A stretch of DNA of 32,000 nucleotides from NCBI RefSeq assembly GCF_016127575.1, contig NZ_CP066018.1:1470001-1502000 (forward strand). The letters run 5' to 3'. Shown here in pieces: positions 18,602-25,960 of this stretch. Each line of letters starts with the position of its first letter. Positions within the stretch are counted from its first letter, which is position 1. The stretch is from Cupriavidus necator. Its GTDB lineage: Bacteria > Pseudomonadota > Gammaproteobacteria > Burkholderiales > Burkholderiaceae. The translations under genes were made by a program, and so were the position numbers. A model generated the notes under the pieces. It ran no database searches and was not told the origin of the DNA. It was given only the letters and a program-made list of their open reading frames with translations.

Positions 18602-19996
18602 ACGCCGCTCCACCTTCAATATAACGCCTGGCTCCGTGAGTACTTCGCCGCGATCAGTGGATGGGCGTTGAGGGAGTATTGAGGCTTCTGCGTCCGTTAT
18701 GTCGTGCCGATCCAGTGGCTGGGCGGCCAGCCGGGGACCACCGCCACCGGCTATACAGCCGAGGAGATCCGTGGCCGCCCGGGCTATAGCGTCAGCGGCG
18801 CAAGCAATGCGGCGGGGCTGGTCGACCGCCTGCGGGCGTGGCCGCCATGGGCAGCTGAAGCGCCAGGCGGAGGAAGTCATCCGGCACCAGGCGAATTTCG
18901 ATGCGCTCACGGAGCTGCCCAACCATCGGGTACCGTGGCGCGGCTGGCCGGCGACGAGTTCACCGTGATCCTGCCCGCGGTGGGCGATGCCGGCGTTGCC
19001 GGGGGCATTGCCGAGGCGATCCTGGAGCGGATTGCCGCGCCCTACCGCCTGGCCGGCGAGCTGGTGGTGGTGTCGGCCAGCATCGGCGTGGCGACCTGGC
19101 CTAAGGACGCCGACAACGCCGAGGACCTGCTGGTGTGCGCCGACCAGGCGATGTTTGCCGCCAAGGAGGAGGGCCGCAATCGCTGGAAGGTCTTCACCCA
19201 GGCGCTGCTGCAGGCGGAGAGGGAGCGCCTGCGCATCACGCAGGACCTGCGCACGGCGCTGGCGTCCGGGCAGTTCGCGCTGCACTACCAGCCTATTGTC
19301 AATCTGCGCACGGGCAAGGTCTGCAAGGCCGAGGCCCTGATCCGCTGGGACCATCCGGTGCGCGGGCCGATCCACCCGGCCGATTTCATTGCCGTTGCGG
19401 AGGAATCCGGCCTCATCATCGACATCGGCCGCTGGGTACTGACCGAAGCGCTGGACCAGCTTGCGCGCTGGCAGGTGCTGCTGGGCAAGGGCTTCCAGAT
19501 CTCGGTCAACAAATCCCCCGTGGAGTTCTGCGCGCCTGCGAGCGGGCCCGAGTCCTGGTCCAGCATGATCGAGCGCAGGAACGTGCCGGTGGGCAGCCTC
19601 GTCATCGAGATCACCGAAGGCTCGCTGATGGAGCAGAACGCCGATGTCATGGACCAGCTATCCCGCTTCCAGGCGGCCGGCATCGAGATCGCGCTCGACG
19701 ACTTCGGCACCGGCTACTCGTCCTTGTCGTACCTGCGGCGTCTGGACATTGACTACATTAAGATCGACCAGTCCTTCATCCGCTCGCTGACGCGGGGCCC
19801 GGACGACGTCGCCTTGTGCCACGCCATCATCAGCATGGCGCATGCACTGCGCATCCGCGTGATTGCCGAGGGCATCGAGACCGAGTCGCAGCGCGACATC
19901 CTGCTGGCTGCCGGCTGCGACTACGGGCAAGGCCACTTCTTCTGTCCGCCGGTTGAGGCCAGCGCGTTCGAGGCCTACGTGAGCGCCGTGACTTGA
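18602..19996 (+). repeat. Direct repeat, copy 2 (patchwork, internally deleted) of 4179..7363
   Basis: See copy 1. Three intervals of copy 1 are absent here: ~4260-5796, ~5891-6045 and ~6111-6296. The last 1067 nt are colinear with 6297-7363. Confidence 0.85.
18704..19996 (+). pseudogene. Truncated paralog of the GGDEF-EAL gene: no sensor, TM or most of PAS; half a GGDEF domain; an apparently intact EAL domain
   Basis: A 430-aa open frame starts at GTG. Its N-terminal ~75 aa mix in-frame and out-of-frame pieces of the PAS region; the native frame KRQAEEVIRHQANFDALTELPN appears in the other ORF, 18699..18968. From VARLAGDEF onward I count 7 aa differences from copy 1 over ~355 residues. All EAL motifs are retained. 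It may still be expressed as an EAL-only protein. Confidence 0.65.
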
Positions 19997-20017
19997 TTGC
20001 CACCGCACCAGGATGCG

Positions 20018-20055
20018 AACGGCGCGAGACCAGTTGGCTCGCGCCGTTTGTTTTT
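20018..20055 (+). terminator. Rho-independent terminator after the truncated GGDEF-EAL copy
   Basis: The stem is AACGGCGCGAG / CTCGCGCCGTT (11 bp) with the 9-nt loop ACCAGTTGG, followed by TGTTTTT. The intact copy 1 has no equivalent canonical terminator after its stop at 7363. Confidence 0.75.
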
Positions 20056-20098
20056 CAGCGCTGCTCATCCGTTGGGCGGGTAAGCAGGCTCTCCCTCG

Positions 20099-20431
20099 TC
20101 AGACCAGTGCCTGCAGGCGGTCGGCGGTGTCGACCAGCTGTTGCTTGAGAGGCAAAAGCAGGGCGTGGAGGCCGATGCCTTGGGGGATGGTGTCGCTCTG
20201 TAGCTCCAGCAAGGTCAGGAAGGACTGAAGGCCGGCGCTGACGCGCAGGATGTCGTCAGTGGCTTCGAGGATGTGGTCCTCGAGGGTGATGGCTGTGCTG
20301 GGCGGGGGTGGAGCGGCTTTGGCTTGGCGGCGGGCCTGGGCGCGGTCGATTTTGGCCAGGTTTTCGGCTAGTTGGGCTTGCTTTTGGGCTAGGGTGGGCT
20401 CTTGGGGAGCCGGGGTGGTGGACTGCATCAT
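20099..20431 (-). CDS. Small hypothetical protein (110 aa), possibly DUF1484-like
   Basis: The internal ATG at 20431 follows a perfect GGAGG SD (ccGGAGGtcATGATG). The sequence MMQSTTPAPQEPTLAQKQAQLAENLAKID...LRVSAGLQSFLTLLELQSD... is helical. The DUF1484 resemblance rests only on my memory of size, taxon and pattern. Confidence 0.5.
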   Translation of the reverse strand: MMQSTTPAPQEPTLAQKQAQLAENLAKIDRAQARRQAKAAPPPPSTAITLEDHILEATDDILRVSAGLQSFLTLLELQSDTIPQGIGLHALLLPLKQQLVDTADRLQALV

Positions 20432-20853
20432 GACCTCCGGTACGTAGAAGATGGAGGCTCGTCGTCCGCTGTCAATCGGGTGGGCGAGCACGAAGCAGGG
20501 TTGACAGACCGGCACGTACCACCGGCGAGCCCGAAGGCTCCCCCGCCGCGGCCCGCCCCTTACGGGGCGTACGTAGGCGAAAGACGAGAGGATACCGCTT
20601 CGCTGCTCGTCCGGTGTACGTGGTCAGGCTGTCAAACCTGGTCGACCATTGCTGTGGTGACACTGCCAGTTTCCAACGGCAGTCCGCACGGAACAATGCA
20701 GCGAACTCTCAAAGCGGCCTTCCACCCGTCATGTGTAAAGCCCAAGTACGGTCCTTCACATGCTTGCCAGGACGCCTCGAGCTCGCCGAGTTTGACGCGG
20801 ATTCTGACAAGAGAGTCTGCCGCAGGGAAATGATGATTCCTCGACAGCAGGGG

Positions 20854-20881
20854 GAAATTTCCGATTCTGCCATCGGATTTC
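20854..20881 (+). promoter_or_regulatory. Imperfect inverted repeat ~40 nt upstream of the MrcB_N-HNH gene
   Basis: GAAAT(TT)CCGAT-TCTGCC-ATCGGATTTC. This could be an operator or an RNA hairpin. There is no further support. Confidence 0.2.
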
Positions 20882-20921
20882 GCTATATCCTTAAGCTTTC
20901 TACGATGTCGAAAGAAAGCCG

Positions 20922-22037
20922 ATGCAATCCCTGTCTGTGGTCATGGAGAACTATCTGGCAACTAAGTCCGCTCTTAGCGGTAAAGCTCGAAACGCTAATA
21001 CGCCGGATCAGATAAGTATCAGCAAGACGCTACCTCAGTTCTTCATTGATATATTGGAGAGATTGGAGCGGCGTGGAGCTTTCAAGGTCGAAGGTTCCTA
21101 TGGTCAAGGGAATATCGCCGGCGTTCCTTGGATTGGCGTATTCAACCTCGAGATCACAACATCAGCACAAAACGGGTACTACATCGTCCTTCTCTTTTCA
21201 GAGGACATGAAGTCGTGTTACCTGAGCCTCAATCAAGGGGTTACAACTCTCAAGAATGCCTATGGGGTAGAGGTGGCACTTCACAAGCTTAGGGGGGCAG
21301 CCGAGCTAGCCTTAGAGGCCTTTGTGCCGGCCGCTGGCACGGTTAAAGGACCAATCGACCTAAAGGCCAGCAGGGCTTTGGGTAAAGGCTACGAGCGAGG
21401 TGCAATTGAGAGCTTTCGATACGATTTCTCCGCACTGCCAACGCCCGACAGCCTAGAATTAGACTTCAGATCACTGCTGGGGCACTACGATACGCTGGCG
21501 AATAAGGTCGGTCCGAGTCTGCAGGCATTGGTGCCAGTCAATGAAACCCAGTTTCAAAAAGCAGTGCTTGAAAAAGCAACAGCGACCACAAAAAAAGATT
21601 GTCCGCCATTTGTCGAACCTCCAGGAGGTGTACCCGTCTTGCCGAAGCGGGGAAACGGCGGCTCGTGGAAGTATCCACGAGATCCATTGGTAGCAGCTGA
21701 GGCAGTAAAGAGTGCAGAATACCGGTGCGAGCTATTCCCCGAGCACCAAACATTCAAATCCAGCTCGAAGAATGTACCGTACGTCGAGGCGCATCACCTT
21801 ATCCCCTTAAGCAGGCAGGCCGATTTTCAATTCTCTCTCGACATTACAGCGAATATCATTGCACTTTGCCCGACTTGTCATCAGCGCTTGCACCATGGGC
21901 ATGCATCCGAAAGGCGCAGTCCTTTGCGACGGCTACTGTCACAACGAAAGGATCGGCTCCAGGAGAAGCAAATTTTCATCGAGGAGGAAATATTGCTTCA
22001 CATTTACAGCAATGACATACTCGATAACGAAGATTGA
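20922..22037 (+). CDS. Type IV (modification-dependent) restriction endonuclease: MrcB_N (DUF3578) reader domain fused to an HNH nuclease
   Basis: The N-terminal EGSYGQGNIAGVPWIGVFNLEITTSAQNGYYIVLLFSEDMKSCYLSLNQGVT is the hallmark DUF3578/MrcB_N motif. The C-terminal YVEAHHLIPLS...ALCPTCHQRLHHG is an HNH motif. A purine-rich stretch (AAAGAAAG) precedes the ATG. Confidence 0.85.
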   Translation: MQSLSVVMENYLATKSALSGKARNANTPDQISISKTLPQFFIDILERLERRGAFKVEGSYGQGNIAGVPWIGVFNLEITTSAQNGYYIVLLFSEDMKSCYLSLNQGVTTLKNAYGVEVALHKLRGAAELALEAFVPAAGTVKGPIDLKASRALGKGYERGAIESFRYDFSALPTPDSLELDFRSLLGHYDTLANKVGPSLQALVPVNETQFQKAVLEKATATTKKDCPPFVEPPGGVPVLPKRGNGGSWKYPRDPLVAAEAVKSAEYRCELFPEHQTFKSSSKNVPYVEAHHLIPLSRQADFQFSLDITANIIALCPTCHQRLHHGHASERRSPLRRLLSQRKDRLQEKQIFIEEEILLHIYSNDILDNED

Positions 22038-22140
22038 ACGCAAGAGCTGGAGATTACCCGTCAGCAACTCTTTTTGAAGCTCGCCGGCTTTGCCTCCAAA
22101 CAACGGGATAGCATTGACCCTCTGAATATATCAATAGTTA

Positions 22141-23022
22141 ATGACATCGACCATTCAACTTACGTTAGACGGTTCTTTTTTGCGTGACAACAATCACGTT
22201 TCGCTCCGCGTCCTTGGGCGATCGATGATCTCTATTCAAGCCGCCGCTGACCGCGCTTATCTTGACATAAAATATGGCAATATCTGGAAGCATGCGCGAT
22301 TGCCAATTGCCTTCTACGATGACGCAGATTTTATAGTTGGGGACCCGGAAAAGGGAAGCTATATAATAAAGTTCCTCTCTGAGCAAGGAGAAGCCATTGT
22401 TAAGCGACTACGACAGGCAATTGCAGACCCCTATCGTTCGGCCATAGAGGGTGGGGAGCAAGAGATATTCTCGATTAAACGGCAGATCGAGGCGCGAAAA
22501 AATCAAGTAGATAACGTAATTTTGGTTCCGCAGACATTTGACGAGTTCTTGCAAGCCCCCGATGAATTGGCCACCCGAGCTTATGGTGACAAATCGATTA
22601 ATAAGAATATTGATCATATGCTTAGCCCGGTAAGGAAGGATCCGGATGCAATTCTAAAGATTTCCCTAAAGCCCAATTACCGCGAACGCACGGAAACATT
22701 CACTTTTACCCAGAAGGAGGCAATCGCTTTCAAGAAGGTGGTCAGTCAGCGGCAACTTGGAAATCCTGTGATCTACCATGGCAGACTAAGAGCACTGGAT
22801 CGGGGGCACAATCAAAAGGCAAACTTCAAAGGCAAATTCATTAATGCGGCGAATGATCGCGACCTGGCGTTATTCATCCAAAGCGAGCAGGATTACTCGG
22901 ATCTAGTCCCCTATATGGATCGGGAGAATCTCACAATTGTGGCATGTCCTATTGTGGAGTACGACTCGTTCGATCCCGTCGCGGGAGATATTCAATTCGT
23001 GAAGATTCTTACTGATGGCTGA
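22141..23022 (+). CDS. Hypothetical soluble protein (293 aa), no recognisable family
   Basis: This is a long ORF in a lower-GC block, with normal amino-acid composition and no TM segments. I see no P-loop, HNH or PD-(D/E)xK motif. Its stop overlaps the start of the next gene (ATGGCTGA). Confidence 0.7.
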   Translation: MTSTIQLTLDGSFLRDNNHVSLRVLGRSMISIQAAADRAYLDIKYGNIWKHARLPIAFYDDADFIVGDPEKGSYIIKFLSEQGEAIVKRLRQAIADPYRSAIEGGEQEIFSIKRQIEARKNQVDNVILVPQTFDEFLQAPDELATRAYGDKSINKNIDHMLSPVRKDPDAILKISLKPNYRERTETFTFTQKEAIAFKKVVSQRQLGNPVIYHGRLRALDRGHNQKANFKGKFINAANDRDLALFIQSEQDYSDLVPYMDRENLTIVACPIVEYDSFDPVAGDIQFVKILTDG

Positions 23023-23710
23023 GAAATCGATCGACAATCTTCGAGAGCAGTGCCTTGAGCTGCTACTAAATATTGTGCCAATCAGTCAGATTGGCTTCAT
23101 TTTTGTTACCGCCGTCGTTTTTCAGAGACTAGCCGAGGGCTCTGGTTCATCGGCATTTGGCGCCTTATCAGGGTTGGGCCTGAAGAATTTGTTTGCCATC
23201 AGCGATGGGTTGTTTTGGAGTGTCGGCATCGTCCTAGTGGGTGCGTGTTTCTTCTTAGCGCTAATCAACACCTACATATTAAAACTCGCACTACGCAAAT
23301 CATTTGAATCGAGCCGGATATCGGAGCAACTGTTACGCTGGATCTCTGTCGCAGCGAAGTCTATGGAGGGTTTGGATAAAGATGATCGCGGACCAATTCG
23401 AGATTCAATCAGCACCGAATTAACCAGAAGATTAAAAAAATATCATTCAAAGCGAATGCTGAGCGAGTCCCTCTTTTCGATTTCAGCAGTTATAGTTTAC
23501 GCATCCATTTATCTGATATTTATTAACCACTCAAATCTTTCCAAAATAGAATTTTCTTACCTAGAGTTGATCGTTGGCTCCGTTAGCACGCTTTTGTGTT
23601 TTTTTTGCCACCGGAACTCCATTCGATATGCACTATCGAGGGTGGTGCCTTTGCAAGTGTGCTTGACGGCCATGACCGGTGAGCTCGCTTTTTCCATCGA
23701 TGCTGACTAA
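23015..23710 (+). CDS. Hypothetical integral membrane protein (231 aa, ~4 TM helices with a charged central loop)
   Basis: The hydrophobic segments are IVPISQIGFIFVTAVVFQRLA, LFWSVGIVLVGACFFLALINTYIL, LFSISAVIVYASIYLIFI and LELIVGSVSTLLCFFC. The loop between TM2 and TM3 is charged (RKSFESSRISEQLLRW...DKDDRGPIRDSISTELTRRLKKYHSKR). It overlaps the upstream gene by 8 nt. Confidence 0.7.
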   Translation: MAEKSIDNLREQCLELLLNIVPISQIGFIFVTAVVFQRLAEGSGSSAFGALSGLGLKNLFAISDGLFWSVGIVLVGACFFLALINTYILKLALRKSFESSRISEQLLRWISVAAKSMEGLDKDDRGPIRDSISTELTRRLKKYHSKRMLSESLFSISAVIVYASIYLIFINHSNLSKIEFSYLELIVGSVSTLLCFFCHRNSIRYALSRVVPLQVCLTAMTGELAFSIDAD

Positions 23711-23770
23711 TTCCTCTCGATTTCATTCGGCTATGCTCTATCAGCAGCACCTTTCCAGTGCCTGGATCAG

Positions 23771-23810
23771 AACGGCGTAAGGCCACATAACCCCGCGCCG
23801 TTTTTGCTTT
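23771..23810 (+). terminator. Probable intrinsic terminator after the 22141-23710 gene pair
   Basis: The stem is AACGGCG...CGCCGTT (7 bp) with a long ~18-nt loop, followed by TTTGCTTT. It is weaker than the terminator at 20018. Confidence 0.4.
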
Positions 23811-24030
23811 CTGCGCCAGACGCCGCCTTCGCTCATCAGACAAGCGGCTGCAGGCGGTCGCCCGTTCTGGTCGAGCCGTTGATTTGATCGGAAACAGCTG
23901 GTCGTAGAGACCAATGTTTTCGGGGACGACGCCTATTGACCCAGCTCAAACCAGCTTTCGACTCCCCACCAAAGCAGTATTTACCAAAAATACCAAATCA
24001 GCACATCTTTGCTGTTTTTGGAGGGGACAA

Positions 24031-25149
24031 ATGCCTTTGGACACCAATGAACGGTTCAATCACATCCATTACGTTCCAATTCTCAAATGGAGGCAAGGCG
24101 AGTACCAGGCACTATGGCGCTTGAGCGATGCCGCCAAGCAATGGATAACACCGCTACTAGAAATTCCTACTGAGCCATGGGATTTCGAAACAGAAACGCC
24201 CGCAAAATCTTTAGATGAGCATCTCGAGCGCTTTGGAAACCGCCTCAAAAGTAAATGGGACACTCGTCGATGCTTTATCGACTCATGCTACATCGATGGT
24301 GTCGCACAAATGTCAACAGGACAGCATCACCTCGAGTTCCTGTTCGAACAAGCTCGGAATGAAGGAGCTTCACCGATACCGGTTACTGGGCTTGGCCGCC
24401 ATCCAGACTATGACGCAGCGGTACACAACATCGTTGCTCAAGATCAGCGGGGCGCGTGCGTTCGTCTTTCCGCTGAGGACTTTAGTGCCTCTATTTTGAA
24501 TGACCTTCAAAACTTGTTTGCTCGGCTAAATGTGGGGCCGCCCGACTCACACCTCGTTATAGACATGGCGGAGGACATCAGCGGCTCACCGGTCGCGCAA
24601 GGTCTCGCATGGAAGGCACTGCTTCAACAGACGCCCTGGCTAAACGACTGGAAATCTGTAACAGTTGCCGCAACGGCGTTTCCCAGCGCTCTACCAGCGG
24701 CACAGTTCCGTCCGCATGGACTCACACCAAGAACAGAGTGGAACGCATATAACGCCCTGTTGACAAACTTGGGTGGCCTGCGCATTCCAACTTTTGGGGA
24801 CTACTCGGTTTCACACCCACAGACCGAGCTACTCGATCCGCGTGTGCTCGATCCAAACGCGAAGATCAAGTACACCGTTGATGGCGAATGGCTCGTTCAC
24901 ACTGGTGCCCAAGTGAAGAAGCATGGTAGGGGTCAATTTCAAGGACTATGCCAAGAACTGATTGCCAACCCGTCAGCAGCTTTCCCAGGACCGACTTACT
25001 CATGGGGTGATGCATATATCCATGGGTGCGCAAGTGGCACCGAAACGACGGGCGGCACATCGACATGGCCTTCGGTCGGCAACAACCGACATATCACCAA
25101 GGTCATCAGGGATGTCGCCACGTTGTTCGGGTCTTCAACGATTCCCTGA
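24031..25149 (+). CDS. Beta-protein-family-like protein (PF14350-like; related in motif to 'sce7725 family')
   Basis: The internal ATG at 24031 follows GGAGGGG 5-7 nt upstream, so the listed start at 23914 is unlikely. The N-terminus HYVPILKWRQGEYQALWRLSDAAKQWITPLLEI matches the YvPiLK.k.gE..AL....i.PLiEi motif I recall for the Beta_protein family. A later ...TFGDYS... motif also fits. Confidence 0.6.
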   Translation: MPLDTNERFNHIHYVPILKWRQGEYQALWRLSDAAKQWITPLLEIPTEPWDFETETPAKSLDEHLERFGNRLKSKWDTRRCFIDSCYIDGVAQMSTGQHHLEFLFEQARNEGASPIPVTGLGRHPDYDAAVHNIVAQDQRGACVRLSAEDFSASILNDLQNLFARLNVGPPDSHLVIDMAEDISGSPVAQGLAWKALLQQTPWLNDWKSVTVAATAFPSALPAAQFRPHGLTPRTEWNAYNALLTNLGGLRIPTFGDYSVSHPQTELLDPRVLDPNAKIKYTVDGEWLVHTGAQVKKHGRGQFQGLCQELIANPSAAFPGPTYSWGDAYIHGCASGTETTGGTSTWPSVGNNRHITKVIRDVATLFGSSTIP

Positions 25150-25687
25150 CCAGCTGCCGAAGCTCACTAAGTGGCACCAAGGCCGCGGCAATCTCATACA
25201 ATTCGCGACGGTTGCCGCGGAGCCTTCGTTTTTCAACGCCTCGCTCCTCCAGGATCTTGGTTACCTCCGGACGCCACAGTAGGTGGGCGACATGAAAGGC
25301 CGACACCGAAGGATTTGCTCCAACTGCGCGGTGTGTTTCGATTGATACCGCCCCTCGCTTGCCCACGCTTGCCACCTTAATCCCCCACCATGGTGGCAAT
25401 ATTGACTCCGCCGACCCTAGGTGATGCTCTCCCACCACCAAGGTCGCCCTATCCATTGCTTTCGAATAGGCTTCAACTTGCGCTGGTAAGCGTTCCAGCG
25501 TGTCAGCATCGCTTTTCAGTTCGTAGCCGTGCAGAAATCCATTCACTACTGCAATGTCAACACGGCACAAGCCGTGCTGCAGGCCGAGCTCTTCAACAAC
25601 CAGCACATTGGGGTCAGCAACATGTTCGGCGAGCACCTTCCGGAATACGGCCGCCCGAACATCGCGATCTCTAGTCTTGTTGGTCAT
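25106..25687 (-). CDS. PD-(D/E)xK-fold protein resembling the 'sce7726 family' (MmcB-like)
   Basis: The ATG at 25687 is preferred over the listed TTG at 25726. RDVRAAVFRKVL...VVEELGLQHGLCRVDIAVVNGFLHGYELKSDADTLERLPAQVEAYSKAMDRATLVV has the D...E-x-K core (RVDIA / YELK) and matches my memory of sce7726-family sequences. Its 3' end overlaps the convergent Beta-like gene by 44 nt. Confidence 0.55.
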   Translation of the reverse strand: MTNKTRDRDVRAAVFRKVLAEHVADPNVLVVEELGLQHGLCRVDIAVVNGFLHGYELKSDADTLERLPAQVEAYSKAMDRATLVVGEHHLGSAESILPPWWGIKVASVGKRGAVSIETHRAVGANPSVSAFHVAHLLWRPEVTKILEERGVEKRRLRGNRRELYEIAAALVPLSELRQLVRESLKTRTTWRHP

Positions 25688-25833
25688 AGTGGAGCTGCGC
25701 ACGGATCGCGCCAGCGATGTGCTCAATAGTTCGCACTCGAAGAACGACAGACATTTTACTCTGTCGGCTACGAGTGTGCGTCTAGGGGCATTGCTTACAA
25801 CAAGCCTTTTGCTCGCTCTTCAGCAGCCACGGA

Positions 25834-25912
25834 AGCCTGAGGCAGGACGCCCCCTCGCCCGGGTAGAGCCCGAAAGCCTGAGGGTCCCCACTGGACCCCA
25901 GGGGACCTGAGG
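25834..25912. promoter_or_regulatory. Three copies of the palindromic heptamer CCTGAGG plus a 7-bp hairpin, in the McrC / sce7726-like intergenic region
   Basis: CCTGAGG occurs at 25836-25842, 25877-25883 and 25906-25912. GGTCCCC (25883-25889) pairs with GGGGACC (25901-25907). The cluster lies 150-220 nt upstream of the minus-strand gene that starts at 25687. Confidence 0.2.
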
Positions 25913-25960
25913 TTGCGGAAGCATATATTGGTCTCAGCGGACTCATCCGATCAGACTTGG

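Noticed and set aside
18155-19375. Minus-strand ORF of 406 aa spanning the jetD end, the spacer and the truncated GGDEF-EAL copy
   Set aside because: Its sequence duplicates the shadow ORF 5723..6742 (MDRPAHRMVPADQGLGLADL...) and runs antisense across unrelated features. It is an artefact of high GC.
23583-23843. Minus-strand ORF of 86 aa between the membrane-protein gene and the Beta-like gene
   Set aside because: It overlaps the 3' end of the 23015..23710 gene and the probable terminator. It is Arg/Lys-rich with no SD.
23914-24030. The 39-codon N-terminal extension of the Beta-like ORF as listed in the track
   Set aside because: The internal ATG at 24031 has a near-perfect GGAGG SD, and the family motif begins right after it. 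The extension lacks any translation signal.
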